Shown here piece after piece: positions 62,277 to 64,000 of a stretch of 64,000 nt of DNA. Made by a program: the position numbers and the translations under genes. The number at the start of each line of letters is the position of its first letter. The first letter of the stretch is position 1. The stretch is from Hydrolagus colliei (taxonomy: Eukaryota): contig CM068756.1 of NCBI GenBank assembly GCA_035084275.1, positions 14,446,001 to 14,510,000 on the forward strand, read 5' to 3'. The notes beneath the pieces are model-generated. The model had not been told where the DNA came from and searched no databases. It saw nothing but the letters and a program-made list of their open reading frames with translations.

Positions 62277-64000
62277 GAAAAATTGGCAGGTAAGACAACT
62301 AACGAGCAGTGGGCAGCGTTCAAAGAGGAGATAGTTCAAATACGGGAGGGGTAATAAGGAGGACAGGGGTAAAGGGAAGACGGGAGAAAAATGCAGAGGA
62401 AGTAATTTGTGCCTTAGAGTGCATGTATGTAAATGCACGAAGTTTGAGAAATAAAATTGGTGAGCTGCAGGCTCAGGTTGCTGCGAGGCGATATGATGTT
62501 ATAGCAGTAACAGAGACTTGGCTCCAGCATGGGCAGGAATGGGAGTTGAACATTCCTGGTTATAATGTATTCAGGAGGGATAGAGAAGGGAGAAAAGGGG
62601 GCGGGGTGGCAATTTTAGTTAAGGACTCAGTGACTGCCTTAGAAAGGAACGAGGTGGAAGAAGGACTAAAAACCGAATCTATCTGGTTAGAATTGAGGAA
62701 TAAAAAAGGTGCAGTTACACTGTTAGGGGTATACTATAGACCACCAAATAGTGGGGAGGAGATAGACAAGCAGATCTGCAAGCGTATCACGGAGAAATGC
62801 AGAGCTAATAGAGTAGTGATAATGGGTGACTTCAACTATCCCAACATAGACTGGCAGAATAGTAGAGTAAAGGGCAAGGAGGGAGAAGAATTCCTGAAGT
62901 GTGTGCAGGACAACTTTCTTGATCAGTATGTTTCCAGTCCAACGAGGAAAGAAGCATTGCTGGATCTAGTTTTGGGAAATGAGGTAGGGCAAGTTCAACA
63001 GGTTTCTGTAGGTGAGCATCTAGGGAATAGTGACCACAATATCGTTAGATTCAGAATAATTATGGAAAGGGATAAGGAACGATCACAGGTGAGGACACTC
63101 AACTGGAAAAGGGCTAATTTCAATGAGTTGAGGTGGGACCTAGCCAAGGTGGATTGGAAAGAAAAATTGGCAGGTAAGACAACTAACGAGCAGTGGGCAG
63201 CGTTCAAAGAGGAGATAGTTCAGGCACAGGTCAAAAGCATCCCCACAAAGGTGAAATGTAAGGCATCCAAACCTCCCTGGATGACTAAGGAAATCGGGGC
63301 CAAAATCAAACAAAAAAAAGAGGCTTATGATAAGTGTCAGGCTCAAAATTCAGAAGGGAACCAAGCAGAATATAGGAAGTGTAGGATAGAACTAAAAAAG
63401 GAAGTTAGAGGGGCAAAGAGACTGCATGAAAAACAATTAGCGAGTAAGATTAAGGGGAACCCTAAGGTTTTTTACCAACATATTAAGAGTAAAAGGTTGG
63501 TCAAGGAGAGGGTGGGGCCAATTAGGGACCTAGGAGGAAATCTCATTGTGGAGGCAGAGGGCATGGCTGATGTACTGAATGAGTACTTCGCCTCTGTCTT
63601 CACAAAAGAAAATGATACAGCCAATGCCATGGTATTAGAGGAGAGGGTAGGAGAAATGGATAGAATAATTATAACCAGAGAGGAAGTGCTAAAAAGGTTG
63701 ACGTCGCTCAAGGTGGATAAGTCACCTGGTCCGGATGGGATGCACCCTAGGTTACTAAGTGAGGCACGGGAGCAAATAGCAGGGACTCTGGCCACGATCT
63801 TTCAATCTTCCTTGGACACAGGGGTCGTGCCAGAGGACTGGAGGATAGCTAATGTTACTCCCTTGTATAAAAAGGGGCAGAAGGACAAGCCTGGTAACTA
63901 CAGACCAGTCAGTCTAACGTCGGTAGTGGGCAAACTTCTAGAGTCCATAATCAGGGACAAGGTAGATCTTCACTTAGAAAGATATAGGCTAATAAAGGAC
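62277..64000 (+). mobile_element. Young CR1 LINE; ORF2 (APE endonuclease into RT) open from ATG 62423 to the window end
   Basis: MYVNARSLRNK..DVIAVTETWL..GGGVAILVK..GVYYRPP..MGDFNYP..LDLVL..SDHN..KSPGPDGMHPR..DWRIANVTPLYKKG..PGNYRPVSLTS; no stop found in 526 codons. It lies in the A4 V-C1 intron, antisense to the gene. Confidence 0.95.

Noticed and set aside
1-64000. CRISPR arrays, rRNA, operons or other prokaryotic systems
   Set aside because: No repeat-spacer structure or rRNA similarity; spliceosomal exon-intron genes and vertebrate retroelements occur throughout.

Overview
Vertebrate genomic DNA, AT-rich, with a CR1/L2/tRNA-DeuSINE-type repeat landscape that suggests a cartilaginous fish. 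There are no prokaryotic features. The window holds a tandem, all minus-strand array of non-rearranging Ig-superfamily receptors built as leader / single-exon VJ-type V / C1-set / TM / tail. Two types alternate. Type B is inhibitory, with a neutral TM and a 4-tyrosine SIRPalpha-like tail (VAYVTL, TVYAQ, LTYADL, SEYAEV). Type A is putatively activating, with an Arg in the TM and a very short tail. Order from low to high coordinate: A1 (pseudogene, no V exon, nonsense codon), B1 (intact, 374 aa), A2 (intact through the TM), B2 (intact, 375 aa), a chimeric gene, then A4 (C1+TM only; its V lies beyond the window, past a CR1 with an open ORF2). The chimera is the main finding. A ~96%-identical segmental duplication with both ends in phase-1 C1-TM introns joins a near-copy of B2's leader-V-C1 in frame to an A-type Arg TM exon. 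This predicts an activating twin of the inhibitory receptor B2, and the shared V exon appears homogenised by gene conversion. All exon boundaries were read by hand from GT/AG sites and phase. Family naming (SIRP-, NKp30- or PRARP-like) is inference without a database search.
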